Source: Tubiluchus corallicola (lineage: Eukaryota > Animalia > Priapulida). From it: DNA of 64,000 nucleotides. The notes beneath the pieces were generated by a model that made no database searches, was not told the origin of the DNA, and saw nothing but the letters and a program-made list of their open reading frames with translations. The position numbers were made by a program, and so were the translations under genes. Shown in pieces: positions 61,577-64,000 of this stretch (positions are counted from its first letter, which is position 1; every line of letters starts with the position of its first letter). The DNA lies in the NCBI GenBank assembly GCA_030141605.1, contig JAQGDQ010000064.1, forward strand, positions 62,001 to 126,000. Direction: 5' to 3'.

Positions 61577-62310
61577 CTTCCTAACTTTCCTATACGTACA
61601 AACTACACAATATTAGACTTGCATCCTTTTTATTTAATGCGTACATACTGTTTTCAATAGCATATGTAAAGGAAACCCTGAAAAATGGCAACAATAGTAG
61701 TAGCAACAAACACCTATAGTGTAAACAAACTGTTGCTTTAAAATTACTGCCGTACGTACATTTACATGTTCTTAATCAATACATCATGAGCAACAGGACG
61801 CTGAAAAGCTGAGCCTTAATAATTAGCTGCTTACAATCCGGCCAGTCGTTACTCCCTCGTGGTTTGTAATTGTGCAAGTATACCTGCAAAACACATGAAA
61901 TCTGTTTTCTGCAAGTGACGTTTCTTCAACAAATGTGTAAATGTAGAGCATCTTCTTTTCCTCAAAAGAACATCCCCAAGCTAAACAATTTAGTGTTTTC
62001 TGGTGAAAGCTACAGTAGCTAATTCCCAAGTTTAGAAACGATTGTACAGATCTGTTGCGTGTTCTTATTCTCACAACATTTCTTAAACGCACTAGAACTT
62101 TACAAAGTATATCATTGTATTAGATCTCGAGTGATACATAACAGAAATATCCTGATAGTTTTATCGCACAAAGAAAGTTTTATCTATACGAAGCATGCTT
62201 TATTGATCGATAATTATGTGGGGTATTTATTATTTGACTAATTCTCTGCTTTTCGTTTCTTTTCTCTTCTCTACACCCGAAAGCAATACTTGGAAACTAT
62301 GAAAATGTTT

Positions 62311-62380
62311 GTACTGCGTTGGAACTCGAACCCAAGACCTTTTGATTTCTAGGCAGCTATGCTAACCATTATACCAAAGA
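62311..62380 (-). mobile_element. tRNA-derived SINE head (not a functional tRNA)
   Basis: TGGTATAATGGTTAGCA (A-box) ... GGGTTCGAGTTCC (B-box); acceptor and anticodon stems do not pair well. Confidence 0.6.
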
Positions 62381-62769
62381 AGTACTCTGACTTTTCAGAT
62401 TCAAAAATTTACACTATAAGACGGCTAAATAAAATAAATAACAGCTTTACCCGGTTTGTGAGAAGAACGTCTTTATCTGAGTGAATGACATATAGAGTGA
62501 CACAGCATTCCCGTTGGTAGAAATACAATTGATTTTCCCAGTGCCTTACTGACTTCCTGCGGAACTAACTGCTGTTTCAACACTTGTTTACGTCACTTTT
62601 CCTGATGAAGATTAGAAAACGCCGAGTTAATTAGGCTTACCTGTCAGCAGCACGGACATTCATTTAATCCCAGGATGCTTAACTTGTCAATTCTGGTAAA
62701 AATACAGAATAAATGGCTCGTTCCGTGCAACAAATACAGAATAAATATCTTCCGTGCAACAGTCACAGT

Positions 62770-63224
62770 TAAGTTGTGATACAGTGCAGTACTTAATGTT
62801 TTATTCTAATTACCTATATGAATGTAAATTGCTATTGCTGTCGGTCTCTAATGTGTCCTGGAATTTTTTTTGACAATTGTCAGTTTATAGAAAGCTCATA
62901 TTCTGCTCACTGTTTCATGGTAGAAAGAGGGAGATGGAATAGGCTTCTCAAGGAGGAGCGCCCCTGTGTTTGCAAAAGAGACATGCAAGGTGAAGAACAT
63001 ATACTGTGTCGTTATGTGAAAACTGGAGACTTTAGAGAGCTTTATAACAAGTTGAACTTTAGTAACATACAGTCATTATATGACAGTTTTGACCAACATA
63101 ATCTGATGCATTTTGTTTATGAGTGTTTTAACGTGTTGAAGTGATCACATTTTAACTAACCTAATTTGCAGTTTTTGATATTATTTACAACTGTTGTGAA
63201 TGGACTGTCACCAGTCAATAAATT

Positions 63225-63284
<60 letters not shown>

Positions 63285-63297
63285 CACTACTACTACT
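62770..63297 (+). mobile_element. LINE 3' end with a (TAC)n tail
   Basis: SAHCFMVERGRWNRLLKEERPCVC..QGEEHIL Cys/His C-terminal motif; AATAAA immediately followed by (TAC)n. Confidence 0.75.
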
Positions 63298-64000
63298 GCT
63301 CCCCGTAAGTCTTTTGTCTGTATCGTGACGAAATAAAGTTACATTGCTTATCATTCTGTCATGGAATTGAACACACGACCTCTGGTGTGGACAACAAGCA
63401 CGCTACCAGTGCGCAGTTTCTGTGGAAATCGACTTTTTCGAACAGAAAAATGTTAGAACTAGGGAATTCAATTAAATCAGTGATCCGATTAATGCAATAC
63501 GTTAAGGTAATGGTATTGCTGTCGCCCCTCGCAGTAACCACACAGGCGATTTATTCACTAAGTGAGGTTTCCTCAAAGTTTCGGAAAATCTATACAGTGT
63601 ATTTTTAAACCAAACGATTTCTATAATCGATCAAATAATGCATGATGAAATGAAACTGGAAGTGAAACCATAATTTGTGGTGAAAAAGCAGGTGAGCGAT
63701 TGCCTTTTTAGTTTTTGCTTGGCGCCGAAAATTTTCTCATTATTATGGAAATGTTTAATAGAACCGAAGACTTGTGGGGATTTTTTGTGAGGATAAAATT
63801 CAAATGTAGTAGCATAACTATAATGACTACGATATTGAACAAAATAAAATACTAGTAGTTTTTGAACGCAAAGTTGTTTACTGAAGTGAAAATTCGATTT
63901 AAAACTAATCTTGGTGTGCTATTTATATAATCTTTTTATTTAAATAATTTCATACTAACTAAACTGTTTCAAACAACAAAGAGGCTGTCTTTGGAGAAAG

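Noticed and set aside
62311-62380. tRNA gene
   Set aside because: A and B boxes are present but the cloverleaf stems are broken; better explained as a SINE head.

Overview
AT-rich, repeat-rich genomic DNA from an invertebrate animal, with spliceosomal introns and the standard genetic code; it is not prokaryotic. Most ORFs in the supplied track are spurious or are exon fragments. (1) 589-22880 (+): a hand-assembled 27-exon gene of about 1216 aa in the Munc13-4/BAIAP3 family (C2A-MUN-C2B). Both C2 domains have lost many Ca2+-binding aspartates. The gene has a candidate U12-type intron, a probable alternative first exon, and an inverted MITE pair flanking two in-frame exons. (2) 39553-39956 (+): an isolated coding exon rich in PKA sites, with a 15-aa tandem duplication; no downstream exon is recognisable in the window. 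(3) Two orphan genes on the minus strand: an intronless type I membrane protein (signal peptide, furin site, Cys cluster, duplicated cytoplasmic motif) and a two-exon secreted precursor (signal peptide, KR site, then 104 aa with 35 Glu and 31 Ala). The rest is decayed LINE fragments, hAT-, Harbinger- and TTAA-type MITEs, tRNA-derived SINE heads, elements with telomere-like repeats, and satellites. All gene models were built by eye from splice signals and reading phase; no database search was run.
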